DNA from: Okamejei kenojei | Lineage: Eukaryota | Assembly: GCA_035221665.1 (NCBI GenBank) | Contig: CM069167.1 | Location: 18,166,001 to 18,230,000 of the forward strand | Length of the DNA stretch: 64,000 nucleotides | Reading direction: 5' to 3' | Shown: piece by piece, positions 13,773 through 25,517 of the stretch | Position numbering within the stretch: the first letter of the stretch is position 1 | How the letters are laid out: each line of letters begins with the position of its first letter | Program-made: the position numbers and the translations under genes | Notes under the pieces: model-generated | Seen by the model: only the letters and a program-made list of their open reading frames with translations | Told to the model about the DNA's origin: nothing | Databases searched by the model: none

Positions 13773-15323
13773 GTAACATTAAAAATCATCTTTCCTTGTT
13801 ATTTGAGCACAGATGCTCAAGGGTTGATTTATGAATGACAATCGAACAGTTTAGTTTAGAGATCCAGCGCGGAAGGAAACAGGCCCTTCAGCCCACCATA
13901 TCTGCACCGCCCAGGGAACTATGGCCTTCAACCACAAAGTCCTCTGTTCATCAACATTCCTTCACTTCCTACCAACAATCCATTTTTAATAACCCTTGCT
14001 GATTTAGACCCAGTCTACCCTGAAGGATTGTTTCTACATGTTTATGTCCTCCCCCCTATTTGACTTCCCAAATAACATCACCATGGAATTGGGATTAAAT
14101 TCCATTTGCCAATGTTCTGTCCCCCAAACTTTTCACTGATGTATATCCTGCTGTAGAATTGGGACAACCTTCCTCACCATCCACAACCCCACTAATGTTT
14201 TTGTGTTCTGCATCCATACGACCAAGTCACTGTGAATCCCGTGCGTCTTTAATCTTCTGGATCAGCCTACCATGGGGAATTTATCAAATGACTCACTAAA
14301 ATACATGTAGACAACATCCACCACTTACCCAAACAAACTCAATCTGGTTAGTAATGCTGTCCTTGCATAGTAGTGTCTCGACACTGATCTCACTGTCCTC
14401 CATGTCCTTGGTGAATACAGAGACAAAGTACTCATTTAGTACCTCACCTTGCCTACATCCCCAGACTCCAAGCACAAATTCCCTACTTTATCTAATGTCT
14501 CCTTTAACTCTCGCTCTGCCTGACCACACCTTCCCCACTGTGTCTCATGGCCCAGCCTTGTGCCACAGATCTGACTCTCACTGCTGCAGCCATTTGTTCA
14601 CCTCCCTGTCTCTGTCACTACTGCCACCAATCCCTTCCCCACGTAACTCCTTCTACCAATTCAATTCTACTTCACCCGGATCCACCTCTGGCAGCTGTTG
14701 CTTGCTCCTCCCTCTCTCCCCTCTACTGTGACTATTTCCCCTCTACCCTTCCAGTCCAGATGAAGGGTCTTGACCTGAAACCTCCCCCTACCGAGGCATG
14801 TCTGACCCACTGAGTAGGATGAACAACGTATAGTCCAGAGGGTGAATGTACTGGGGGAAAGGAGATGGAGTGTTGGGCTGAATGGCCTAAATTAACCTTC
14901 ATTCATTCAACAGAAAGCGACGTGGAATCCTACAAATAGCACACCACATGGGAAGTAGATCGGGAGAAAGCAGAGTCTTTTTCCCAGGGTAAGGGAATCA
15001 AAAACCAGATATACGTTTAAGGTGAGAGGGAAAAATATTGAACAGGAATCTGAGGGGTAACTTTTTCACCACAGAGGGTGGTGGGTGTATGGAACGAGCT
15101 GCCAGAGAGGTAGTTGAGGCTGGGACTATGGACAGCATTTAAAAGATATTTGGATAGTTACATGGATAGGAATTGTTTAGAGGGATATGGGCCTAACATG
15201 GGCAGGTGGGACTAGCTCAGATAAGGCATCATGGTCAGCATGTACGAGTTGGGCTGAAGGGCCTGTTCCGGTACTGCATGCCTCTAATACACTGACAACA
15301 TGCACATTGTTCTCTGTCCCCAG

Positions 15324-15416
15324 TCTTTCTCAGATGATGTTGCCAATGTGGTTTACCGGCTGAAGAATGCAAAGAAAAAAATGTTCAAGAAACCAAAGTT
15401 CCTGGTAGCCATTTGA
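15324..15416 (+). CDS. Terminal coding exon E of the CPRas1-like gene
   Basis: ttctctgtccccag|TCTTTCTCAGATGAT...; SFSDDVANVVYRLKNAKKKMFKKPKFLVAI then TGA at 15414-15416; a second AG lies 10 nt downstream (exon start 15334). Confidence 0.75.
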   Translation, partial: SFSDDVANVVYRLKNAKKKMFKKPKFLVAI

Positions 15417-15944
15417 TGCTTGCAGGGAATGAGCCCAGTACTGTGAGCTACGGAGGCCACAGCATCTCAACAAAACCAACCCACCCCTTCTGATGGATCC
15501 ACCGGTGGCAACAAACTCCAGCCGTAATCTGATCCCAAATACCCTGCATTCTTGCAATTGTACGCCAGTGACTAACGGGCTGAAACATCACCCATAAAAC
15601 CAAAACAAAGTTCCCAGTTTCTCCTCATCTCCCACTTTGCTGGAATCTGCAGAAAGATCAATGGCAACTGTTCTTCAACGTCCATCTGAGTGATGCCGGG
15701 AAGTCAGGCCAAGCTGGGCGGCAGCCGGTCACCCGGCCTCAATGGTCAATCTCTGGACATGAACTCATGATGTTATCATAAACTGAATCTGTTCCGCTGG
15801 GGTATTAAACGGCCAATGGGATGAGTGTAGATGGGCATGACAGGGGCGTAGGCAGGGTGGGGCTTGTGTCCATGCTGTTCAACTCTGCCTAACTCCTTGA
15901 GGTCAGTCTGGCTGTTGATGTGTATGTTGATGTGTATGTCATGA

Positions 15945-16890
15945 GGTCATAAACTGAAGGAGCAGAATTAGGCCATTCGGCCCATCAGCCCACTCAGTCA
16001 TTCAATCATGGCTGATCTATCCTTTAATTCCTATCCCCATCTCCTGCCTTCTCCCCATAACTCCTGACACCCGAATTTAAACTAATCAATAGACAATAGG
16101 TGCAGGAGTAAGGTCATATCGGCCCTTCGAGCCAGCACCGCCATTCACTGTGATCATGGCTCATCCACAATCAAGTACCCCGTTCCTGCTTCTCTCCCCA
16201 TATCCCATGACTGCGCTATCTTTAAAACATCTGGAGAATTGGCCTCACAACTTCCAACATCTAGAGAATTGGCCTCCACGTGCCTTCTGAGGCAGAGAAT
16301 TCGCACAGATTCACAACTCACTGGGTGAAAACGTTTTTCTCATCTCCATTCTAAATGGCCTACCCCTTATTCTCAAACTGTGGCTCCTGGTTCTGGACTC
16401 CCCCAACATCGGGAAACCATGAATTCCTGCCTCTAGCATGTCCAATCCCTTAATAATCTTATATGTTTCAATAAGATCCCCTCTCATCTTTCTAAATTCC
16501 TGTGTATACAAGCCGAGATGCTCCATTCTTTCAACATAGGGAATTAACCCCGTGAATCAAGAATCTATCTATCTCTGCCTTAAAAATATACATTGACTTG
16601 GCCTCCACAGCTTAATGTGGCAATGTATCCCACAGACTCACCACCCTCTGGTCTAATCTAATCTAATCTCTGACTCAGGAAATTCCTCCTCATCTCCTTC
16701 TTAAAGGAACGTCTTTTAATATTGAGGCTATGCCCCCTGGTCCTCGACTCTCCCACTTGTGGAAACATCTTCTCCACATCCACTATCCAAGCCTTTCACT
16801 GTTCGGTAAGTTTCAATCAGGTCTCCCTTCATCCTCCTCAACTCCAGCGAGTACAGGCCCTGTGCTGTCAAACTCTCCTCATATGTTAAG
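15945..16890 (-). mobile_element. Nested CR1 3' fragments
   Basis: LGLYTQEFRKMRGDLIETYKI...RTRSHSLRI and two CR1 3' UTR types, one inserted in the other. Confidence 0.8.
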
Positions 16891-19084
16891 AGCAAACACT
16901 CATCATATCATCATTCCTGGATCATTGTCGTTCCTTGCGTTCCTTTGGCAATAACCTCCTGGATCAAGATTTTCCTTGATCTCCAGCACTTGAAACAGAT
17001 TATTCATTCACCTTATTCCTGTTCTTGGAGTACATTTTTTTCAACAAATAGCCCCCGTACTAATGTAATTCATTGTCCCGTAATGGAGCTATTTAACTGT
17101 AAATCAGATCGTGCGCACAGTTCAGAATTAATGTGCAGCAGCATTTTCAGCACAGACTGACCATGGCACACTCACTGCACCCATTGTCATCACTTTGTCT
17201 AGACTGAGTCATGTAGTGCAGAGCCTTGCCTTGGGAGACACCGTAGTCTTGGCTGAGGATACAGAAGGGAGCAGTGTTTTTGCTGTGTCTCACAGCTTGT
17301 AGTGAGAGGCAGGCGCCTTGTTCCAAGGCCTTTGTGTTTGGAGGGTAACATCCAGCAAACTCAGTGTGCCGCAGGGCTCAGTACTAATGTCAACGGTGAA
17401 TAGCAGAATTAGGCCCTTTGGCCCCAATACAAGTCTACTCTGCCATTCAATCATGGCTGATCTAACTCTCCCTCTCAACCCCATTCTCCTGCCTTCTCCC
17501 CAACAACCCCGGACAACCCGTATTAATCAAGAATCTGTTCATCTCTTCCTTAAAAATATCCAATGACATGGTCCCCACAACCGTGTGTGGCAATGCTGGG
17601 ACCCTTGCTGTCTGTCCAACCACGCATTAACGACAAAGTGGGGGGTAGATTAGTAAGTCTGCGATGATGAAACTATTAGTGGTGGTGTTGATAGTGACCA
17701 AGTAGTACCTCAGTCCACACAATCATGTTGATCATGGGTGAGTTGAGGCACAGCAACGGCAGATGAAGTTAACTCTGAAAGGTGTAAGTGGTGTGCATTT
17801 TGGGTGAACAAATTAGGGAGGGTATGATTCGTTAATGGTTGAGGCTGCGAAGTATTGAGGAGCATGGAGATCATGGTGTCCGTGTCCATAGATTTCAGAG
17901 GCAGCACAGATAGACACGGTGATGAAAAGACATACGGGATACTTGCCTTCATTAGTCGACATATAGATTACAAGAGCATGGAGGTTCTTGGACGAACTTT
18001 ATACAACAGGTCACAGCTTTCACATTTTGTGCAGTTTCTGGCAGTGTCCATGCTTTAGGAAGATGTGTTTGGACTGGAAGGATGCAATGGAGAGACTGGC
18101 TTAGTTTTCCTTGGCGTGAGGGAGACCCAAGAGGTGTGCAATGTTGTGAGAAGCTTCTCCCCACAGCAGGAGATCTAGACCAAGGGAACAGGTTCAAAGT
18201 GATGAGGTTTCAGTTGAGAGGGGTCTTTGAGGAAGTGCTTTTCCATTCGAGAGTTGGTGCAATCTATATCTCTCTGCCTGAGAACATTGGTGGAGGCAGA
18301 CTCTCTCAGAACCAGCATTTAAATTGCCAAATCATGAAGCAATAGACCAAGTCGCTGGAAAATGGGGATAGTAGCATTAGGCACTTACATGTGGTGGGCT
18401 GAAGGGCCTGGTGTGGGATGTATCACATTCTAACTCCATTTGGGAAGTAACATATGATCAGACAAGCAGGGTGAAGGCAGCCATATAAAGAGGTACAAGG
18501 TTTAAATAGAGGCCCCCACCCATCCCACAATTGGACATAAAGGATTCCATGGCCAAAGTGGAACAACTACCACAATAACAGCAGCAAATGTCAGACGTTC
18601 AGATGTCGGTGGAGAGCACATCACCCCCAGCAAGCTGGTTTGTCAATATCCACGGCTTTCATCAGTAAAACAGCCTGGTTTAGTTTAGAAATACAGCACA
18701 TTTACTGTACTGATGTAAAGTTGCACACTACGGCAACGATGCATGCAGGCAAATGCGTGCAATGAAATTACAGTTGAATCCATGCGGTGGAAGACTGGCC
18801 CGGCGTGGAGTCCATATCAGTGCATCACGTGCCGGGCTGTTGTGTGTCTTTGTTCCTGATATATTGTGTTTTTAATGGGCAGTGCATTGTATTATATTGT
18901 CCTGCATTTTTTTCTTCTCCTGATTAAAATGTTTATTGCAGCTGAGATTGCCGGGCTGTGGTGGCTTCTGCTTCTGGACCAGTTTCAGCTACTCACTGTC
19001 GTAGCTAAAGTTGGAGAATAGATGGATTTCAACATTCAACTCCCACCTCGAAGCCCTTTCTCACAACAAATTTACCACTAGGCT

Positions 19085-20029
19085 TCATAGGCTGAAGCCT
19101 CGGGCCTCGGAATCTGGCCGGCCTCCAGCCAAAGCAGGACACCTGCCGCTCAACTCTGGGCGGGTCCCCCTCGCTATCTCCGTCTCCGCCCGCCACCCGT
19201 GTCCGTGACCGTGTCCGTGTGTGTGTCCGTGACCGTGTCCGTGTGTGTGTCCGTGTCCGTGTCCGTGTGTGTGTCCGTGACCGTGTGTGTGTCCGTGTCC
19301 GTGTCCGTGTGTGTGTCCGTGTGTGTGTCCGTGTGTGTGTCCGTGACCCCGTACCTCCTGTTGTGTGTCCGTGTCCGTGTCCGTGTGTGTGTCCGTGTCC
19401 GTGAGTGTGTGTCCGTGTGTGTGTGACCGTGTCCGTTCCGTGTCCCGTGTGTGTGTGTCCGTGTCCGTGTGTGTGTCCGTGTCCGTGTGTCCGTGTCCGT
19501 GACCGTGTCCGTGTCCGTGACCGTGTCCGTCCGTGACCGTGTCCGTGTGCGTGTGTTCCGTGTCCCGTGTGTGTCCGGTCCGTGACCGTGTGTGTCCGTG
19601 TGTGTGTCCGGACCGTGTCCGTGTGTGTGTCCGTGTCCGTGTCCGTGTGTGTGTCCGTGTCCGTGTGTGTGTCCGTGTCCGTGTCCGTGTGTGTGTCCGT
19701 GTGTGTGTCCGTGTCCGTGTGTGTGTGTCCTGTCCGTGTGTGTGTCCGTGTCCGTGTGTGTGTCCGTGTCCGTGTCCGTGTGTGTGTCCGTGTGTGTGTC
19801 CGTGTGTGTGTCCGTGTGTGTGTCCATGTCCGTGTGTGTGTCCGTGTCCGTGTCCGTGTGTGTGTCCGTGTCCGTGTGTGTGTCCGTGTCCGTGTCCGTG
19901 TCCGTGTGTGTGTCCGTGACCGTGTCCGTGTCCGTGTCCGTGTCCGTGTCCGTGACCGTGTCCGTGTCCGTGACTGTGTCCGTGTCCGTGTCCGGGCCGC
20001 CGGGTCTCCGCTCTCCGCTCGCTCCTCAT
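19085..20029 (-). CDS. Possible low-complexity His/Gly/Thr-rich protein (repeat-encoded ORF)
   Basis: ATG in a GC-rich context (ggcggATG) just downstream of promoter motifs; a GT-AG intron at 19075-19005 and AATAAA at 18937-18932 follow. The repeat lacks stops, so the ORF alone is weak evidence. Confidence 0.3.
   Translation of the reverse strand: MRSERRAETRRPGHGHGHSHGHGHGHGHGHGHGHGHGHGHTHGHGHGHGHTHGHGHTHGHGHGHTHGHGHTHGHTHGHTHGHTHGHGHGHTHGHGHTHGQDTHTRTRTHTRTHTRTRTRTHTRTRTHTRTRTRTHTRTRSGHTHGHTRSRTGHTRDTEHTHTDTVTDGHGHGHGHGHGHGHTDTDTHTDTDTHTRDTERTRSHTHGHTLTDTDTHTDTDTDTQQEVRGHGHTHGHTHGHTHGHGHGHTHGHGHTHGHGHGHTHGHGHGHTHGHGHGHGWRAETEIARGTRPELSGRCPALAGGRPDSEARGFSL
19199..19992. repeat. Compound microsatellite of GTCCGT/GTGT/GACCGT units (~800 bp)
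   Basis: Directly visible. Confidence 0.97.
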
Positions 20030-20160
20030 CCGCCGGCACGGCCGGCCGCCTTACACATGCGCACTGCCACGGCAACTGGTCGGCGCTGGGCACTTTCTCC
20101 CTCGCTTTGAATTGTGGGAGATCTGGCCGCCATCGCTGTGTGCTCGCCGCGACCACTGAA
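19993..20160 (-). promoter_or_regulatory. CpG-island promoter with NRF1-like and RFX X-box-like motifs
   Basis: High CpG density; catgcgca (~20056-20063) next to ctgccacggcaac (~20064-20076). Confidence 0.5.
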
Positions 20161-21219
20161 AACCAACACAGAATCACTCCCTGGAGCTGGAGTAACTCCC
20201 TGGAGTATCTCTTGCTTCTGGTTTCCTGGTCCTCCAAAAATATTCTAAATGGAATTTAAACTGGAGGTGGTGGAGGGCTCAACAATAACAGCCTATTGCA
20301 TTGTATCTGTTTATTGTGTATATATGTGGTATATAAACACACTGACCCTTTACTTCCTCTTCTGTATTATGTTTAGATATTCTGTTGTGCTGCAGCAAGC
20401 AAGAATTTCATTGACCTTTCTGGGACACATGACAATAAAACTCTTGACTCTTGACTCGGACTTAAGCAAAAATAGGGTTCTTGGGGAAAAAAGAGAAACC
20501 TTAAATTTAGTTGCATCTGGTTGGGTACCTATGGGAGGGTGAAGACTATTCCATGCCTTAATTGTGCGGGGGAACTCCATGGTGCAGCCAGCAACTCTGG
20601 ATAGAAGAGATTGGGTGACTTTTCGGGTAGAGACCCTTCTTTAGACTCCCTCTGGTTTTAGTGTTTTTAGTTTAATTTAAAGATACAGCGTGGAAACCGA
20701 CCACCGATCACCTGTACACTAGTTCTATTCCACACATTAGCAGAGCAAGTCAAGAGTCACGAGTGTTTTATTCTCTCACGTCCCAGTTAGAACAATGAAA
20801 TCCTTACTTGCAGCAGCACAACAGAATATGTAAACATAGTACTCTGTAAACAATGTTATAAACGAGAAAACTAAACGGTGTATATTTATATATGAATATA
20901 TAACTGTGTGTGTGTGTGTATAATATATATACCCACACACACACAATTTCCCTCCTGGGATTAATAAAGTTCTATCGTAAAGTATCGTGTGTGTAGGAAA
21001 GATGCTGGTTTAAACTGAAGATGGACACAAAAAGCTGGAGTAACTCAACAGATCACACAGAATCTCTGAACAAAAGGAAAATATTAAATTTTGGGTTGGG
21101 TCTGAAATAGGTTCTTGCACACCTTTGGAATGTGGAAGGAAATTTTAGTTTAATTTAAAGATACAGCGTGGAAACAGGCCCTTCGGCCCACTTAGTCCTC
21201 TCCCCCCCTATCCACCATA

Positions 21220-21875
21220 GATAGGGTGGTAAAGAAAGCCTTTGGTATGCTGGCCTTTATAAATCAGAGCATTGAATATAGGAGTAGGGAAGTAATGTTA
21301 AAATTGTACAAGGCATTGGTAAGACCAATTCTGGAGTATGGTGCACACTTTTGGTCGCCTAGTTATAGGAAGCATGTCAACAAAATAAAGAGAGTACAGA
21401 GGAGATTTACTAGAATGTTGCCAGGGTTCCAGCAACTATGTTACAGAGAAAGGTTGAACAAGTTAGGTCTTTATTCTTTGGAGCGCAGAAGGTTAAGGGG
21501 GACTTGATTGAGGTCTTTAAAATGATGAAAGGATAGACAGAGTTAACGTGGATACGTTTTTTCCCATTGAGGGTAGGGAAGATTCAAACAAGAGGCATGA
21601 CATGAGAATTAAGGGACAGAAGTTTCGGGGTAATGTGAGGGGGAACTTCTTTTACTCAGAGGGTGTGGCTGTGTGGAATGAGCTTCCAGCAGAGGTGGTG
21701 GAGGCAGGATCGATTTTAACATTTAAGAGTAAAGTGATAGGTATATGGACGTAAAGGGAATGGAGGGGTATGGTCTGAGTGCAGGTAGATGGGACTAGGG
21801 GAAAACAAATGGTCGGCACGGACTGGAAGGGCCGAGAGGGCCTGTTTCCGTGCTGTAATTGTTATATGTTATATG
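21220..21875 (+). mobile_element. CR1 LINE 3' fragment (GGTTATAT-tail family)
   Basis: VKKAFGMLAFI...LYKALVRPILEYGAHFWSP...LERRRLRG; same family as 25518-27284 and 32678-33892. Confidence 0.9.
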
Positions 21876-22399
21876 TTAAAAAAGAGCACCCGGAGAAAAC
21901 CCATGCGATCAAAAGGAAAAAGAGCAAACTCCATTCAGACAGCACCCATATTCAGGATTAATTCCGGGTCTCTGGCACTTTTAGGCAGCAAATCTATGGC
22001 CAATGTACCGCCCCATAGTCTTGAACTGAATTAAAACATATAGTAGCTGTAAAGGGGGACATAGTCTAAGACTAAAAATGGACATTTAAGACTAAAAATT
22101 GATATTTTCATTTTTTTAGTAACCAATCTTATCAACGTATAATTTTTTGTGTGTTGGAAAACAAAATATAGTGGCACAGCTGGTATACTTGCTGCCTCAC
22201 ACGCCAGAGATCTGTGTTCAATCCTGTCCTCGGGCACTGTCTGTGTTGAACTTGCTCATTCTCCCTGCAAGCGTGTGGGTTTCCTCCCACATCCCAAAGA
22301 CACATTCGCTTTGTAGGTTAACTTGGCCTCTGTAACTTGCCGCTAATGTGTAGGGAGTGGGTGAGGAAAGTGGAATAACAGAACTTGTGTGAATGGGTG

Positions 22400-23456
22400 G
22401 ACAAAAATGCTGGAGAAACTCAGCGGGTGAGGCTGCATCTATGGAGCAAATGAAATAGGCGACGTTTCAGGTCGAGACCCTTCTTCAGACTGATGTGAGG
22501 GTGGGGGGGGACGGGAAGAAGAAAGGAAGAGGCGGAGACAGTGGGCTGAGGGAGAGCTGGGAAGGAGAGGAGAAAGCAGGGACTACCTGAAATTGAAAAG
22601 TCAATGTTCATACCTGTTAGGTACTTCCCCCCTCTTCTGGTGAATGCTATGTACTTAACTCTTCTGTTTTCTCTCCTGAGTGCAGGCCCCATGGCTGGAG
22701 TCAGGAATCAAGGGGTTAAGGGCTCCTGTACCCGATTGGCCAAGCTGCGTCAGGTGACGAGTGACTCATCTGAAAGCTTAAATACCAGAATCTTCCAGAA
22801 TTCTCCTCTCTTTCATCGATCCTGGCTCGTGAGCAGGTTGCTGGTGTGAGCTGCAGGAGGCCTGGCCACATGGCATAGAACTCTGCGTATTATTACCTAC
22901 ATTTGTCAATTAATATTGAATTGGGACGGATAAGGCTGACCTGAGGGTTTTTCGTGTATTTTGTTTAAGGGTTATATTTCCATTTAGGCAGGTTAGAGAA
23001 CTCTAGTTCGACGGCCCATTGCAGAGGCTGGCTGGAGCACTGTTATCTTTGTTTTATTAGTTTAATTCTTGTCCTTGACTGGGTTTTGTTTGAATCAGTT
23101 TGAGTTTTAATTAAATAAAAGACAATTTTCCTTGAACTTGAGGGTACACAAAAAGCTGGAGAAACTCAGCGGGTGCAGCAGCATCTAAGGAGCGAAGGAG
23201 ATAGGCGACGTTTCGGGTCGAGACCCTTTCTTCAGACTTGAGCCTGGATTTTTACTATATTACGCGGCTCTGAAGTACCTGCATTCGAGAGTCGTAACAA
23301 TAACCCCGTGGGGTGCAAAGTTCCCAAGCAAAATATGAGGTGCTGCTCCTCCAATTTACGGTGGGCCTCACTCTGGCCATGGAAGAGGTCCAGGACAGAA
23401 AGGACGGATTCGGAATGGGAGGGGGTGTTGAAGTGCTGAGCCACTGGGAGATCAGG
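22400..23456 (-). mobile_element. Penelope-like element fragment (GIY-YIG C-terminus plus tail), split by a solo LTR
   Basis: AQHFNTPSHSESVLSVL...RKLEEQHLIFCLGTLHP; tail with hammerhead core at 22458-22491. Confidence 0.8.
22615..23299 (+). mobile_element. Solo LTR, itself containing a Penelope tail at ~23141-23237
   Basis: TGTTA...TAACA termini; ~5-bp duplication atacc/ataac; CCAAT-like (gattgg), TGCGTCA, TGACTCA, TTAAATA and AATAAA motifs. Confidence 0.7.
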
Positions 23457-23502
23457 TTCTCGGCCTTTTGGCTAAGATCAAGTGTAGTATCTGTTCTTAT
23501 CA
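23457..23502 (+). ncRNA. U2 snRNA 5' fragment (nt 6-51) fused to the 5' end of a Keno-like element
   Basis: ttctcggccttttggctaagatcaagtgtagtatctgttcttatca matches vertebrate U2 as recalled, including the branch-point recognition sequence GTAGTA. Confidence 0.95.
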
Positions 23503-25517
23503 TAGATATTCCAGGACGAGTGTTTGAGTGAAAGAGACTATCTGTTCTTATCAGAACAATTCTGGCGGTCCCTTGGGGACAAGGGCCATGGATTGCGGAG
23601 CAAAATCGAGGCTTAGAGGTGGATCCATGCTGGTTGGGAAACCAACCTAACACCTTAATCAGCCACAATGTCAGTAGGAGCAGGAGTACAGGGTATTCGG
23701 AAATACCCTGCGAATAAGCGTCAAAGGACCTCAGCAAGGGGACCCCCCCTTCTCACGAGACCTGTTCATGAAGAAGGTCTTGCTAGAGGCCTGCAAATTT
23801 GAGGCCAAGGACATCTACTGCCTCCAGGATCTCCCGGGTAACGGATATTTTGATGTTACCTTCAAGTATCCGACGGGATGGCAGAAGGTGATGGAAGACT
23901 TCCGGGAGAGGGGGAATGAAGCTCCGCTGTCGCTGCTGAAAGTGCAGCCGCTCTTCACCCTCCCCACCCAGAAGGAAAGGTTGATCACGGTGCACATGTT
24001 CAACCCACATGAGCTCGTAATGGATGTCCTCACCTTCCTTGCTCGCTAGGTTGAGGGAACAGGGAACTGTGTGGACATGAAGGACCTGCACGGGATTTGG
24101 ACCAGCAAGCGGCAAGTCAAGGTAAAGCCGAGGGTGGACAAGGACGGAGAAATCATCCACGCTCTCTCGGTTTTCGCGATTGGAGGAAACCGAGGATACT
24201 TGAGCTATGTGGGACAACCCAGGCTGTGCAGGAAATGCAACAAGCCTGGGCATGTGATGGCCCAATGCACTGCAGTTGTCTGCAAAAACTGCAAGATGGA
24301 GGTCCATGAGACAAAGGACTGTCAGGCCAGCAAGAACTGCAACCTGTGCGGGGAGGCAGGCCACCTTTACAGGGCTTGCCCTAAAAGAGCCTGCACCTAC
24401 GCACAGGCGACAAGAGGGGCTGCTGCCAGCACCCCCAAGGTGGGCGAGACACCCTCCACCACTGCCAAGACCCCAGCAGAAAGAGGGAACACGGATGAGG
24501 ACAGCCCAACCACCTCGAGGCCCCAAGTGCCAGAAGGAGACGCCCAGCATCCTGCCTAGGAGGGAGAGTCGATGGAGGAGGGGGAACAGCAGGAGAAATG
24601 GACAACGGTGAAGTACAAGAAGAGGGGTCAGCCCAAACAGCCGAGGCCGGAAAGGAGTGGTAAGTCCAAAAGTAAACCCCAAAAAAGGTCTCTTTCTCTT
24701 ACACAAGGCAACAACCTCTCCTCCTCGTCGGAGGATGAGGCGACCGGGAAGTCCCAACGAGGGAGGCAGAGGAAGAAAACGGGGGAGGAAAAGAGAGAGG
24801 CCACGACGATCACCTCCCAGCCTCAAGAGACCAAGAGCAGAGAGGTGGCCGAGAGGCTCCAGCCCCAGGACATCGGGAGCAGTGCAGCGGTCAAAGGGCT
24901 CCAGCCCCAGGACATCGGGAGCAGCGCAGTGGTCGAGGGTTTCCAGCCCCTGGAGACAGGGATCATCACAGAGGCCATTGGGCCCCAGCTACGGGAGACC
25001 GGAGTGCAGCGGCCATTGGGCCCCAGCTACAGGAGACAAAGGAAGCGGCATGCCCAAAAGGGGGTGGAACGAGAAGGCCCCCCACCAACGACACCTTTGG
25101 TTACGCCACCTGAAACTCACCTCACCGCTGGATTCCTGAGCCCAGGAAAGCTGAGGCAATTCACCGAAGCGGTGGGAATGAGGGGACATGGAAATGGTCA
25201 GTGACTCTAAAGACAATGGAGCTCAAACTGGCATCTTTAAACGTGCGCAGTATAAAGAGCACTGTGCGATGTGCTAATGCCTTACAGTACCTGGCCAAGG
25301 TCAAGGCAGATGTGACTTTTCTTCAGGAGTGCGGGCTGCCACACCTCCGCTGTTATCGGAGGTGGTCGCGATGGTGGCCCCGCGGACTGTTGGTGTGGTC
25401 GGGGGGAAATGACTGTCGTGCTTCCGGCCTGGGGATTTTGCTGCGGGGAGGGAACTTCGCCATCACTGAGGTCAGGGAAGTGGTTGGAGGGCGTCTCCTC
25501 GTGGTGGATGTTATGTA

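Noticed and set aside
19029-20259. Many long overlapping ORFs (RT, DT, VC, CP repeats) on both strands
   Set aside because: Expected from a stop-free microsatellite; only the ATG-20029 model has independent context and is kept at low confidence
23783-24826. 347-aa minus-strand ORF
   Set aside because: Antisense shadow of Keno ORF1
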